64,000 bases of DNA from NCBI GenBank assembly GCA_965205485.1, contig OZ242180.1, positions 3,840,001 to 3,904,000 of the forward strand, in the 5' to 3' direction. Below are positions 1 to 9,587 of the stretch, one piece after another (the first letter of the stretch is position 1; every line of letters begins with the position of its first letter). The DNA is from Candidatus Latescibacterota bacterium (GTDB lineage Bacteria; Latescibacterota; UBA2968; GCA-2709665). The notes below the pieces were generated by a model. The model worked only from the letters and a program-made list of their open reading frames with translations, did no database searches and was not told where the DNA came from. Position numbers and translations under genes: made by a program.

Positions 1-2067
1 CGGTTCCACGATTTCGAGATCTTCCCGACGTGCCTGCATGCGCAACTTGCCGATTTCCACCGGTACGCGCGATCCCTCGTTCCGTCCTTCCGCGACGATA
101 CCTTCCTTACCGAGGCTTCGAACCAGGACGCGGCATCCTGGCTCAAGTTTTGACGCAGGTGTATCCGGCTCCTCTACAGCGGTCGTCAATGTGCGCCGCG
201 CCCGCTCGACTTCGGCTCGGGCTTTCTTTATTGAGTCCCTGTCGGCGTTGCTTCGTCTGAGTTCGGAAACGGTGCGTTCGATGAGCGCATTGGCGCCATC
301 CAGAATGCGCCGGGCCTCGTCCTCGGCGCCGCGCTTGAATTCGCGCTCGCGTTCCTCCACTTCCCTGAGGCGGCCGGTATACTCCGCTTTCAGACCTTCC
401 ATTTCACGTCGGAAGGACCGCGCGCGATCCAGTTCCTCGTTGTAGTGCCGGTACGTGTCGTCGATGTCCGCGATAAGGGCTTCCATTCGGCCGATGTCGC
501 TTCCCGCAATGCGCCTGGCTTCCGCGACGATAGTTGACGGCATCTGAAGCCGGCGCGCGATTTCGAAGGCATAGCTGCTGCCCGGCATGTTGAGTCGAAG
601 CCGAAACGTGGGCGTCAGCGTATCCGCGTCAAAGGCCATGGAACCGTTGGCCATCCCCTCCGTGCGGTGCGCGAACGCCTTAAGCGCGCCGTGATGGGTC
701 GTGGCCACGGTCCGGCAGCCCCGTTCCGTAAGCGTACCCAGCAGGGCCATCGCCAGGGCCGCGCCCTGGTCGGGGTCGGTGCTGGCGCCCACTTCGTCCA
801 GAAGCACAAGGGACCTGGCTTCGGCATGGGTGGTGACCTCAACCAGATTCGCCACGTGAGAGGAGAACGTGCTGAGGTCGTTCTCGATGGACTGCGCATC
901 TCCGATGTCGGCAAAGACGCCGGTAAAGACCGGAAACTGCGAATGTTCCGCTGCCGGCACAGGCAACCCGGCCTGAGCCATCAGCGCGAGGAGGCCGACG
1001 GTTTTGAGCGCGACGGTCTTGCCGCCGGCGTTCGGGCCGGTCAGTACGAGGCTGCGTACGCCGTCGTTATCCATTGCAAGGCTGAGCGGGACGATGGAAT
1101 CGGCCCGGTCCTCACCGCTCAGCCGGTAGAACAGAAGGGGATGACGCGCATCATGCAGTTCGAGGCGCCCTTCCACGTTGAAGACCGGTTCGCTGCATTG
1201 CAGTTCGCGAGAAAAGCCGGCCATCGCGTAGATGGCATCGAATCTTCCAAGAATCCGCTGGTTTTCAAGCAGTCGATCGCTTATCAGACCCACGCACCGG
1301 GTGAGTTCGTGAAGTACGCGTCTGATCTCCTGTTGTTCTGCCAGTTCGAGTTGCCGCAGCCGGTTGTTGAGCGCAAGCGTGGCCATCGGTTCGACGAAGA
1401 GCGTGGCCCCGCTGGCAGATTGGTCGTGTACGAGGCCGTCCAGCCGGTGTTTCTGGTTCTCACGAACGGGAATGACGAAGCGTCCGTTTCGGATGGTGAT
1501 CAGCCGTTCCTGCACGACGGTGTCGGGGAGCCGGCTCAGGATGCTCTCAACGGAACTGCGGATCTCGGACCGGGTGTGTTCCAGGCTCCTGCGGATCCGC
1601 TTCAGTTCGACGCTGGCGGAATCCTTGACGGTCTCCGTGGATGGATCGAGGGAACGTCGAATATCCGCTTCCAGATCGGGGTGCCGGGACAACCCGGATA
1701 CGAGCGCCTGGAGTCGGGGATACTTCTCCTTGCGCTTGTCGAAATACGCCAGAAAACGGCGGGACATCCGTACGACTTCCTCAATCTCGACCAGTTCGCC
1801 GACGGTGAGCGTCGTACCGGGTACCGAGGCGGTTTCTGCCGCGGCCCGGATGTCGGGAATGCGTCCGATCGGGACGGGATCGTCATACCCGATCAGGTCC
1901 ATGGTTTCGAGCACGGGGCGGAGGCGGGTTTCGATGCGATTGGGATCGTCCGCCGGTGCCAGGCCTTCGACCTCGTTTCGCCCTGCAACGGAAACCGCGC
2001 GTTCCGCGATCAGGTCGAGAATCTTATTGAATTCGAGGGCCTGGATGGTTTTGGGCGGCAGGGTCAT
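1..2067 (-). CDS. mutS2: Endonuclease MutS2 / ribosome-splitting factor RqcU (3' end runs off the window)
   Basis: Not in the ORF track because there is no stop in the window. Manual translation from ATG 2067 gives MTLPPKTIQALEFNKILDLIAERA, P-loop LVLTGPNAGGKTVALKTVGLLALMAQAG and Walker B LLDEVGASTDPDQGAALA. Confidence 0.93.
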   Translation of the reverse strand, partial: MTLPPKTIQALEFNKILDLIAERAVSVAGRNEVEGLAPADDPNRIETRLRPVLETMDLIGYDDPVPIGRIPDIRAAAETASVPGTTLTVGELVEIEEVVRMSRRFLAYFDKRKEKYPRLQALVSGLSRHPDLEADIRRSLDPSTETVKDSASVELKRIRRSLEHTRSEIRSSVESILSRLPDTVVQERLITIRNGRFVIPVRENQKHRLDGLVHDQSASGATLFVEPMATLALNNRLRQLELAEQQEIRRVLHELTRCVGLISDRLLENQRILGRFDAIYAMAGFSRELQCSEPVFNVEGRLELHDARHPLLFYRLSGEDRADSIVPLSLAMDNDGVRSLVLTGPNAGGKTVALKTVGLLALMAQAGLPVPAAEHSQFPVFTGVFADIGDAQSIENDLSTFSSHVANLVEVTTHAEARSLVLLDEVGASTDPDQGAALAMALLGTLTERGCRTVATTHHGALKAFAHRTEGMANGSMAFDADTLTPTFRLRLNMPGSSYAFEIARRLQMPSTIVAEARRIAGSDIGRMEALIADIDDTYRHYNEELDRARSFRREMEGLKAEYTGRLREVEEREREFKRGAEDEARRILDGANALIERTVSELRRSNADRDSIKKARAEVERARRTLTTAVEEPDTPASKLEPGCRVLVRSLGKEGIVAEGRNEGSRVPVEIGKLRMQARREDLEIVEP

Positions 2068-2140
2068 AGGGTCATGGCTCGGTCGGATAAACTACGCATC
2101 GTTTCAGTCGAGAATCCATCTCCGCCAGCGGGAGGCCACG

Positions 2141-2809
2141 CTATTCCGGTGCGCCGTCTGAAGTGGGGGTCTGTGGACTGTCCGGTGTCTGTTTTTCTTT
2201 GCTTTGAGACTCCTCAATGAGTCCCTTGAGACGTTCCTTCGCTCTTCCGGTTCCCCGGGTCACACTTTCCACAAAGGGATGGGTCGATGACTCCCGGTCT
2301 TCCGGCACGAGGTATCGGTAGAGTTCCGACGCCCGCGGAATGGCGGCCTTAACGGCATCCATCACGACCAGGCAGGCCTGCTGAACGTGGCGTGTCAAAC
2401 GCGCGTCGTCAATGTGCGCAATCACCCCCGGGTGCGGGGAATACGCCCGCAGCAACAGGATCAGCAACCCCAGAAGAAGCAACCCCTGCGCCAGGCCGAG
2501 TATGCCGCCGCACAACGTATCCACGACGCCGAACGGGGTGGCCTTGAGCATGGCCTGAAGCATGCGTCCAAGAACGTAACACGCGATCAGCGTCGCAAGG
2601 AATACACAGACGAAGCCAAGCAGGGCGGGGCCGTGGCCGGCACTTTCGCCGGAGATCCACTCCGAGACCTCGCCGCCGTACGAAAGGCCGAGTCCGTACG
2701 CCAGAATGAAGCTCGCCAGACCAATCAGACCCCGGACAAGGCCCGTTCGGCAACCCCTGAAAACCATCCAGCAGAGCCCGATCAGCAGGATCAGGTCGAC
2801 AAAGTTCAT
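2141..2809 (-). CDS. cvpA: CvpA family membrane protein
   Basis: Starts MNFVDLILLIGL..GCRTGLVR, has about 4 TM helices and a VDTLCGGILG motif. It lies upstream of mutS2, a commonly seen pairing. Confidence 0.85.
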   Translation of the reverse strand: MNFVDLILLIGLCWMVFRGCRTGLVRGLIGLASFILAYGLGLSYGGEVSEWISGESAGHGPALLGFVCVFLATLIACYVLGRMLQAMLKATPFGVVDTLCGGILGLAQGLLLLGLLILLLRAYSPHPGVIAHIDDARLTRHVQQACLVVMDAVKAAIPRASELYRYLVPEDRESSTHPFVESVTRGTGRAKERLKGLIEESQSKEKQTPDSPQTPTSDGAPE

Positions 2810-2892
2810 TCGGCCCTCCCTCTGGTGTCCTGTCTACGAACGCGGGGCGCCCGAATTGCGTTGATCCGGGGGTTCAGCTCAACGTCAATGTG

Positions 2893-2934
2893 CAAAAAAT
2901 ACAACCGCATCCGAAGGTGAATCGGTGCGGTTGT
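2893..2934 (-). terminator. Intrinsic terminator after rpsU
   Basis: Stem ACAACCGCA(T)CCGA / TCGGTGCGGTTGT, followed on the minus strand by ATTTTTT, about 25 nt after the rpsU stop. Confidence 0.8.
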
Positions 2935-2959
2935 CGTTGCCATACTCGCGAATCTGGAC

Positions 2960-3157
2960 TTACTGATTGAAACGTGTTTCGAATTTCATGCGTTTGCGCT
3001 TCGCTGCTGCGATTTTTCGCTTGCGGCGCTCACTGGGTTTTTCGAAATGCTGGTGCTTCTTCATCTCGGTCATTATCCCTGCTTTTTCGCAGGTCTTCTT
3101 AAACCTCTTCAGCGCCTTTTCAAACGGCTCATCATCTCTCACGACAACCCTGGCCAT
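2960..3157 (-). CDS. rpsU: 30S ribosomal protein bS21
   Basis: MARVVVRDDEPFEKALKRFKK...HFEKPSERRKRK is the S21 signature. AGGAGG SD precedes ATG 3157. Confidence 0.97.
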   Translation of the reverse strand: MARVVVRDDEPFEKALKRFKKTCEKAGIMTEMKKHQHFEKPSERRKRKIAAAKRKRMKFETRFNQ

Positions 3158-3285
3158 TGGCTGAATTCCCTCCTTTCCGTTTCCCGCGGAAACAAGCCAT
3201 GTTCGGGAACAAGAGAAGCTGGCCTCCATGCGCCAGTCCCATTGCCCGCCGCCATGCCATGTCTTGCAGGAAATTGATGTTTCTG

Positions 3286-3314
3286 AATATATAAATTCAA
3301 TGGATATTATGCAA
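3286..3314 (-). promoter_or_regulatory. Putative sigma70 promoter of rpsU
   Basis: Minus strand TTGCAT-17 nt-TATATT in an AT-rich divergent intergenic region. Confidence 0.55.
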
Positions 3315-3329
3315 ACGGTTTTTCTTTGG

Positions 3330-3359
3330 TTGACTGGATGCTTGCAATAGACGTATACT
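3330..3359 (+). promoter_or_regulatory. Putative sigma70 promoter of the kinase-porX operon
   Basis: TTGACT-18 nt-TATACT. Confidence 0.55.
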
Positions 3360-3545
3360 TTCTTTGCGCCGGCACCGGATTCAGCGCCACGCCGTCGAAC
3401 GCTGCGGAACTTAAAGAGACGCTAAACGTTGACGTAAGACAGGGGAGCCGCAACGATGGGTGCGCGAACGAAGGATGTCACAGGTCGAACGGGCGGGCCC
3501 GTACACACAGGGTTAATGGGCGCGCCCGTGGTTCGGAAAGGGCGA

Positions 3546-4796
3546 ATGAGGTTGGGGCTCCGGAGTTCCTACAGTCTGGGCGCCTATCTGTTTCCGGCCG
3601 CAACGGTGATCATCCTGGCGTTTCTGGTGTATATGCAAATCCTGGTTGTGGACCCGATGCGCCGGGATTCACGTGACCTGATCAAACGTCTGGCCTTCTT
3701 TTACGGGTTGGCCACCCAGGATACCGTGGTTGTCAGCGACCTTGACGTCAATGAGATCTTCCGGACCATTACGAATGCGAATTTCCCCGTGGTCATTACA
3801 GACTCCCGGGGTGAACCGCACATGTGGAAGGCCATACGGATTCCCGAAGGTAACCCAAGTGACCTCAGCGCAGTCGACAGGGAGCGAATGCGTCGGATCG
3901 TTCGAAGGCTGGATAGCGAGAATCCGCCTTATTCGTTCGAGATTCCGCAGATCGGCCCGCGGGTGCTGCACTTCGGCGATTCGCCGCTGGTCCGCCGGCT
4001 GGCATGGCTGCCCTGGGTTGCGCTTGGTGTAACGGCCCTGTTCATCGGGGTGGGATATCTCGGTTTTCAAAATGTCAAGAACAGTGAGCAGAGATCGATC
4101 TGGGTGGGCATGGCGCGGGAGACGGCTCACCAGCTGGGCACGCCGCTATCCTCTCTGTACGGTTGGATCGAGTTGATTAAGTCGGAACTTGAGCACTCCT
4201 CGGGCCCGGTGGATGAACAGACGCGCAGGCGATTCGACCAGATCGTGGTTGCGATGGAGGAGGATACCAGCCGGTTGGATACGATCGTCTCCCGTTTCAG
4301 CCTTATCGGTTCCACGCCGGAGCTGCGACCGGAAAACCTTCGTCACGTTATCGAAGAGACGGCCACCTATTTGCGCGACAGACTCTCGCGGGAAGTCCGG
4401 ATCGTTCAGAGAAACTACGAAATACAGCCCGTCCCGCTGAATCGGCAATTGCTGGGCTGGGCTTTTGAGAATCTGTTCAAGAATGCCGCGGACGCGATGG
4501 AGGGCAAGGGCGGAAAGATAGAGATTTCCGCGAAAGTGCGGGCCGAACGAAAATGGGTGGATGTGCGTGTGCGGGACAATGGCAAAGGGATTCAGCCGAA
4601 TCTCGTCAAGCAGGTTTTTCTGCCCGGTTACAGTACGAAGGACCGGGGCTGGGGGCTGGGACTTACGTTCGTCAAACGTATCGTAGAAGACTACCACCGG
4701 GGCAGAATCTCCGTCGAGGAGAGTTCGCCGGAAGAGGGAACCACGTTCCTGATATCATTGCCCGTGAGGCCGGTAGAGGAGCGGAAGGCCACGTAA
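3546..4796 (+). CDS. Membrane sensor histidine kinase
   Basis: Two TM helices, H-box WVGMARETAHQLGTPLSSL, N-box ENLFKNAADA, G1 DNGKGI, G2 GWGLGL. Start is uncertain (3456-3546). Confidence 0.92.
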   Translation: MRLGLRSSYSLGAYLFPAATVIILAFLVYMQILVVDPMRRDSRDLIKRLAFFYGLATQDTVVVSDLDVNEIFRTITNANFPVVITDSRGEPHMWKAIRIPEGNPSDLSAVDRERMRRIVRRLDSENPPYSFEIPQIGPRVLHFGDSPLVRRLAWLPWVALGVTALFIGVGYLGFQNVKNSEQRSIWVGMARETAHQLGTPLSSLYGWIELIKSELEHSSGPVDEQTRRRFDQIVVAMEEDTSRLDTIVSRFSLIGSTPELRPENLRHVIEETATYLRDRLSREVRIVQRNYEIQPVPLNRQLLGWAFENLFKNAADAMEGKGGKIEISAKVRAERKWVDVRVRDNGKGIQPNLVKQVFLPGYSTKDRGWGLGLTFVKRIVEDYHRGRISVEESSPEEGTTFLISLPVRPVEERKAT

Positions 4797-4816
4797 CGGC
4801 CGGGAGCTTGAATTCT

Positions 4817-6373
4817 ATGAGAGAAAAGCAGGTTCTTTGGGCAGACGACGAAATCGACCTCCTGAGGCCGCATACGATGTTTCTGGGTTCCAGGGGTTAT
4901 AACGTGACGCCCGTTACAAACGGGGATGACGCGATTGCGATGGTCAAGCAGCGGGGATTCGACATCGTACTGCTGGATGAGATGATGGCCGGACGCGGCG
5001 GGCTTTCCACGCTGGCGATGATCAAGGAAATCAACCCGGATATCCCCGTAATCATGATAACGAAGAATGAGGAGGAGCGCCTGATGGAGGAAGCGCTCGG
5101 CCATCGGATCGATGATTATCTCACCAAGCCGGTTAACCCCAGCCAGATACTCTCGGCCTGCAAGAAACTGCTCGACGCGCGGCAGATCGTGACCGGGCGC
5201 ATGGGTTTGGATTATGCGGTCGTATCCAATCGCATTCGTGCATCGATGGCGGGCAACGTGACCTGGCAGGACTGGATCGACATCCATGTGAAGCTCGCCG
5301 AATGGGACCTGGAACTGGACCGGATCTATGACGCGGGTCTGCGAAAGATGCACGAGGACCTGCGCCGGGCATGCAATCGCGCTTTCGGACGATTCGTCGA
5401 GGCCAACTATGCCGATTGGCTCCAGGACGACATGGACTCGCCGGTGTTATCGGTGGACGTCGTGAGCGAGTTTGTCCTGCCCTTGCTTCAGGAGCGAAAG
5501 CAGGTGTTCTTCGTGGTCGTGGACTGTATGCGACTGGACCATTGGCTGGCAATCTCTCCGCTCCTGTCCGAACTGTTCAATATAGAGCAGCACTACCACT
5601 ATTCCATACTCCCCACGGCCACGCCCTATTCCAGAAATTCCATTTTCAGCGGCCTTTTTCCCAGCGATGTGGCCCGGTTGTATCCTCAGGAATGGCGTTC
5701 CGGCTGGGACGACGACAACAGCCGCAACCGGCACGAGCACCAGCTCCTGGACCGCCAGATTCAGGAACTGGATCCCACGCTGAAACTGGATACCCGATAC
5801 GTCAAGGTACTGGATATAGCCGAGGGCAACCATCTGGTGAAAAAGGTGCATTCGTACCGGTCCTTCCCGCTGATGTCGGTGGTGTTCAATTTTCTGGACA
5901 TTCTGGCACACGGAAGGTCGGAGTCGGATATTCTGAAGGAGATGGCGCCGAACGAGTCCGCGTACCGGTCGCTCAGCCGATCCTGGTTTTCCCATTCATC
6001 GCTGTTCGAGATGTTGCGAAAGCTGGCGGAAACGGATACGACCGTGGTGTTGACGACCGACCACGGCTGTGTCATGAGTACGCGTGCAACCGTGGCGCAT
6101 GGCAATCGGGATACGTCGACGAACCTGAGGTACAAATACGGCAAGCATCTGCGATGCGACACCAGGCACGCGCTGTATATTGCAGATCCGAACGTCTATC
6201 GCCTGCCCGATCTCGGAATGGGTACCACGTATATCATTTCGCGAGAGGATTACTATTTCGTCTATCCCACGAAATTCAACGAATACCAGCGGTATTACGC
6301 GAACAGTTTCCAGCACGGCGGCATTTCGCTGGAGGAGATGGTCCTGCCGGTCGCGGTGCTGAACGGCAAATAG
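4817..6373 (+). CDS. porX: PorX-like response regulator: receiver domain plus PglZ/alkaline-phosphatase-superfamily domain
   Basis: Receiver motifs LWADDEIDLL, VLLDEMM, YLTKPVNP. PglZ motifs VVDCMRLD, LPTATPYSRN, LDILAH, TTDHG, FQHGGISLEEM. Confidence 0.88.
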   Translation: MREKQVLWADDEIDLLRPHTMFLGSRGYNVTPVTNGDDAIAMVKQRGFDIVLLDEMMAGRGGLSTLAMIKEINPDIPVIMITKNEEERLMEEALGHRIDDYLTKPVNPSQILSACKKLLDARQIVTGRMGLDYAVVSNRIRASMAGNVTWQDWIDIHVKLAEWDLELDRIYDAGLRKMHEDLRRACNRAFGRFVEANYADWLQDDMDSPVLSVDVVSEFVLPLLQERKQVFFVVVDCMRLDHWLAISPLLSELFNIEQHYHYSILPTATPYSRNSIFSGLFPSDVARLYPQEWRSGWDDDNSRNRHEHQLLDRQIQELDPTLKLDTRYVKVLDIAEGNHLVKKVHSYRSFPLMSVVFNFLDILAHGRSESDILKEMAPNESAYRSLSRSWFSHSSLFEMLRKLAETDTTVVLTTDHGCVMSTRATVAHGNRDTSTNLRYKYGKHLRCDTRHALYIADPNVYRLPDLGMGTTYIISREDYYFVYPTKFNEYQRYYANSFQHGGISLEEMVLPVAVLNGK

Positions 6374-6485
6374 CCCCAGGCACAGTCCTCGAGATACCTG
6401 CCGGTTGGGGGGGGCAGGTATCGCACGCTCGTGTTGCCTGGCCGACGATTGGCGACGCCCGAACCCGCCCTCGCCACGAGTCCCT

Positions 6486-6938
6486 ATGCAGACCTCAAGG
6501 GCTGAAATCAACACGACGTCACCGGATCAGACGCGAGCGTTCGGAAGGGAGTTGTCCGCTCGTCTGCGGCCGGGCGACTGTGTCGGGATGATCGGGGAAC
6601 TCGGCAGCGGCAAGACCTGTCTGGCGCAGGGCATCTGCGAAGGGTTCCATGTTCCGGACCGGGTGACCAGTCCAACGTTTATCCTGGTGAACGAATACAG
6701 TGGCCGTGACGCCGCGTCGCGTCCGATAGCAATCTACCACTTCGACCTGTACAGGCTCCCGGACGCGGACGCCCTCATGGACCTGGGCTGGGACGACTAT
6801 CTTGCCGGTAACGGCATCTGCCTGATCGAATGGGCGGAACGCGCCGGATCGCTGCTGCCCGGGCGAACCGTGCAGATCCGGATTGAAATGACGGAATCCG
6901 GTTCCCGCAGAATCCTGCTTGGCAGCGGAGAATGCTGA
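6486..6938 (+). CDS. tsaE: tRNA threonylcarbamoyladenosine biosynthesis ATPase TsaE
   Basis: GELGSGKT, VTSPTFILVNEY, YHFDLYRL, LIEWAE. Confidence 0.95.
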   Translation: MQTSRAEINTTSPDQTRAFGRELSARLRPGDCVGMIGELGSGKTCLAQGICEGFHVPDRVTSPTFILVNEYSGRDAASRPIAIYHFDLYRLPDADALMDLGWDDYLAGNGICLIEWAERAGSLLPGRTVQIRIEMTESGSRRILLGSGEC

Positions 6939-7702
6939 TGACACGGCATGCATGGCGGGTGTTGCTTTTGCTTGTTGTCTGGTCGGGGTATTCCGGTTCA
7001 GCGCATGCCCAGGGCAACGTGCCGCGATGGCTGGTCGACGGACCGACCGCCGGCATGCTTCCCGCCGGCCGTCTGGCCGTGGATCTGCGATTGTATGGCG
7101 ACAGCGGTATTCTCTCTCAGATCGAAGTCGGCGTCCACAACCGAATCAGCGTCGGGATTTCGTTCGGCGGACAGCAACTTGTGGGCAGCCGCGAGGCGGC
7201 ATGGAATCCACGCGTGGAAGTTGGGGGCCGCGTCCGGGTGATCGAGGAGGAGTTGAAGGTCCCGGCGGTCGCCCTGGGCTATCACTCTCAGGGGTACGGG
7301 GAGTACGACGAGAATCTGAGCCGATATGCGGTCAAGTCGAAGGGGTTCTATGCGGTGGCGAGCAAGAACTATGGATTTCCGCTCGGAGACATGGGGTTGC
7401 ACGCCGGATTGAATCGCAGCATGGAAGACGGTGACGGGGATGGGGATCTATCGGGATTCGTGGGTGCCGATGTCGAGTTCAAGCGGATTTTTGCGATGCT
7501 GGTGGAATATGACTTTGCGATTAACGACAACGAAGACAACTCGCTGGGCTCGGGCAGAGGGAGGCTGAATCTGGGCGGACGGTGGATGCCTTCCGAGCGG
7601 CTGAACCTCGAAGTGGACGTCAAGAACCTGTTTCGCGACGGCAAGCGGTCGCAGAACATCGATCGGCAGGTGCGATTGGTGTATTATTCGAAGGTCTGGT
7701 AG
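6932..7702 (+). CDS. Exported YjbH-like outer-membrane beta-barrel protein
   Basis: Signal peptide ending SAHA-Q, N-terminal LVDGPTAGML motif, alternating amphipathic beta-strands, C-terminal aromatic residue. Confidence 0.6.
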   Translation: MLMTRHAWRVLLLLVVWSGYSGSAHAQGNVPRWLVDGPTAGMLPAGRLAVDLRLYGDSGILSQIEVGVHNRISVGISFGGQQLVGSREAAWNPRVEVGGRVRVIEEELKVPAVALGYHSQGYGEYDENLSRYAVKSKGFYAVASKNYGFPLGDMGLHAGLNRSMEDGDGDGDLSGFVGADVEFKRIFAMLVEYDFAINDNEDNSLGSGRGRLNLGGRWMPSERLNLEVDVKNLFRDGKRSQNIDRQVRLVYYSKVW

Positions 7703-7724
7703 CGAACTTGCCGCGCCGTCTCCT

Positions 7725-9452
7725 TTACGCTTCGGCCCGTCTGAGCTGATTGGGGGCGACAAAGAGCGTGACTTCATTCCGGATATTGACAAGCCCCGCG
7801 GCGGCCCCCCGGGGTTTTTGCACGTACCGGACCTCGGTGCAGTTGACCGGCACGGTCCTGGAATTCCTGGCCTTGCTCCAGTAGGCCGCCAGGCTCGCGG
7901 CTTCCTTCATCGCGGATTCGGAAGGCTTCTGGCGTTTTCCCTCACGCTTGAGGATGACGTGCGAACCGGGACATCCCTGCGCGTGAAAGAAGAGGTCGTC
8001 CTTTGCCGATCCTTTCGTGAGGCGGTCGTTCTCAGCATTGTTCCGCCCCACCAGGACGGTCCAGCCGTCCGTTGTCCGGTAACGTCTGGGATGCGTGTCC
8101 CCGGGAGCTTTTTTGCCGGCGCGCTTCTGCCGCGTGCGGAGTGTGAGCCATCCCTTCTCTGCCAGTTCGTTTCGAATCTTCGTAACGTCAACGGGGCTGT
8201 CGGCTTTCCTGATCCGTTCCAGAAGCGCTTCGACCCCCGCAAGTTCCGTTCGTGTCGCCTCCCGGCGTCGCGTGAGGATGGGCCGCGCCTTCTCGACCTT
8301 CCGGCTTCGCTTCAGGTAGGCGGCGGCGTTTTCATGCGGCATTTTGTTGGCTCTGAGCGGGATCGTCACCGGTGGTCCGGATGGATCGTACACGTCCGGA
8401 AGGGTGACAGAGGTATTGCCGGGATGGATCCTGTGGAGCCCTGCCATGAGGATGTGGCCATATCTTCTGTAACGTTCGGCGTTCCCGGAGTCGTCAAGAT
8501 CGGACTGAATCCGTGTGATCCTGCTCTCCAGCGATGCACGGCGCCGGCTGAGTACAGTCACGATCTCTCGCCGGTCCGTGTCCTGGTGCGCCAGGCTTTC
8601 CTTCATTCCTGCGACGCGCTCGATTGCATCGCTGACGGATTCGCAGACATGTTCCACGTCACCCGGACCGTGCCGCAGACTCAGCACCCGGATATCCGGT
8701 GGACTGTCGGGAAAACACAGCGTCTCGGGTTGATCCAGAAAGGGTGGGTGGGCGTACAGGGAATGAATCCGGCTGACCAGATTCCGGATCGCATCGGGCG
8801 CCGCTTCCTCGCCCGGTTCCACGCCAGCCTCCGCGACCAGCGACGCGGCGGTCAGTACGTCAAGTCCCGCAACGACACCGGCGAGGGCACGTGCGGGCTG
8901 ATCCGGTCGCTGCCGGAATGCATCGGCGAGATCGGCAGGCGCGAGTTCATGGGGCGGAATTCTATCCTGCGCGGGCGGGGGAAGGTACGTTTCGCCTGGT
9001 ACGACGCGCCGCCGGCTGCTCGCTTTCCCACCCACCCGGCGCATCACCCCCAGGATCCGCTGATCCGGTTCCGTCGTCAGGATAACGTTACAGTACCGGT
9101 GGATCAGTTCCACGTACATGCGATAGCGGCGTTCTCCACCCAGCCGGTCGCGTTTGCGCAGGTTGAATGAAAGAATGCGCTCCAGCGGAATTTGTGTGAT
9201 TTCCAAGATAACGCTACCGCACAGGTGGTGTTCGGCCCAGGGCGGAGGGGGGCGGGCGTCCGCTGGCCGCCGATGGATCCGCTGCAGGCGGCCCGCGGCC
9301 GGCGAAGCGGAAAGCAGCAGGTGTAACCCGTCGGTTGTTTCGACAGCAAGTTCATGCGATCCCGCCAGGGCCGCGCGCCGGACGCGTTTTCCCCGCAGAA
9401 TCTCGTTCAGCTCCTGGCAGAGGCGTCTGAGTGTGAAGTAGCTGAGGTTCAT
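7725..9452 (-). CDS. rqcH: RqcH / Rqc2 / NFACT (FbpA family) ribosome quality-control protein
   Basis: NFACT-N motifs LERILSF and ELIHRYCNVIL, coiled coil ENAAAYLKRSRK, NFACT-R motif VGRNNAENDRLT...FFHAQGCPGSHVIL and AASLAAYWSKAR. Confidence 0.9.
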   Translation of the reverse strand: MNLSYFTLRRLCQELNEILRGKRVRRAALAGSHELAVETTDGLHLLLSASPAAGRLQRIHRRPADARPPPPWAEHHLCGSVILEITQIPLERILSFNLRKRDRLGGERRYRMYVELIHRYCNVILTTEPDQRILGVMRRVGGKASSRRRVVPGETYLPPPAQDRIPPHELAPADLADAFRQRPDQPARALAGVVAGLDVLTAASLVAEAGVEPGEEAAPDAIRNLVSRIHSLYAHPPFLDQPETLCFPDSPPDIRVLSLRHGPGDVEHVCESVSDAIERVAGMKESLAHQDTDRREIVTVLSRRRASLESRITRIQSDLDDSGNAERYRRYGHILMAGLHRIHPGNTSVTLPDVYDPSGPPVTIPLRANKMPHENAAAYLKRSRKVEKARPILTRRREATRTELAGVEALLERIRKADSPVDVTKIRNELAEKGWLTLRTRQKRAGKKAPGDTHPRRYRTTDGWTVLVGRNNAENDRLTKGSAKDDLFFHAQGCPGSHVILKREGKRQKPSESAMKEAASLAAYWSKARNSRTVPVNCTEVRYVQKPRGAAAGLVNIRNEVTLFVAPNQLRRAEA

Positions 9453-9496
9453 GTGCCCGCTTCTTGCGTTTGAGGGGTGGATATGCGCTGAATCCC

Positions 9497-9525
9497 TTGA
9501 CATTTCTGACCCGACCCGGTATCCT
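9497..9525 (+). promoter_or_regulatory. Putative sigma70 promoter of the clpX-like gene
   Basis: TTGACA-17 nt-TATCCT. Confidence 0.6.
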
Positions 9526-9587
9526 TAGACGGCGTTTACCGTGTAACGGGCGCCGATTTGACTGCCGGAATCCGGAGAGGAACGACG

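Noticed and set aside
667..2220. 517-aa plus-strand ORF
   Set aside because: Antisense shadow of mutS2 with no recognisable motifs; typical of GC-rich codon bias.
4817..6373. PglZ domain as a sign of BREX defence
   Set aside because: It is fused to a receiver domain (PorX architecture), and no brxC, pglX or brxL is nearby.
7818..9170. 450-aa plus-strand ORF, and similar long antisense ORFs at 15317-16573, 23627-24781, 37448-38968 and 61770-62825
   Set aside because: Each lies opposite a well-supported gene and has no independent motif.
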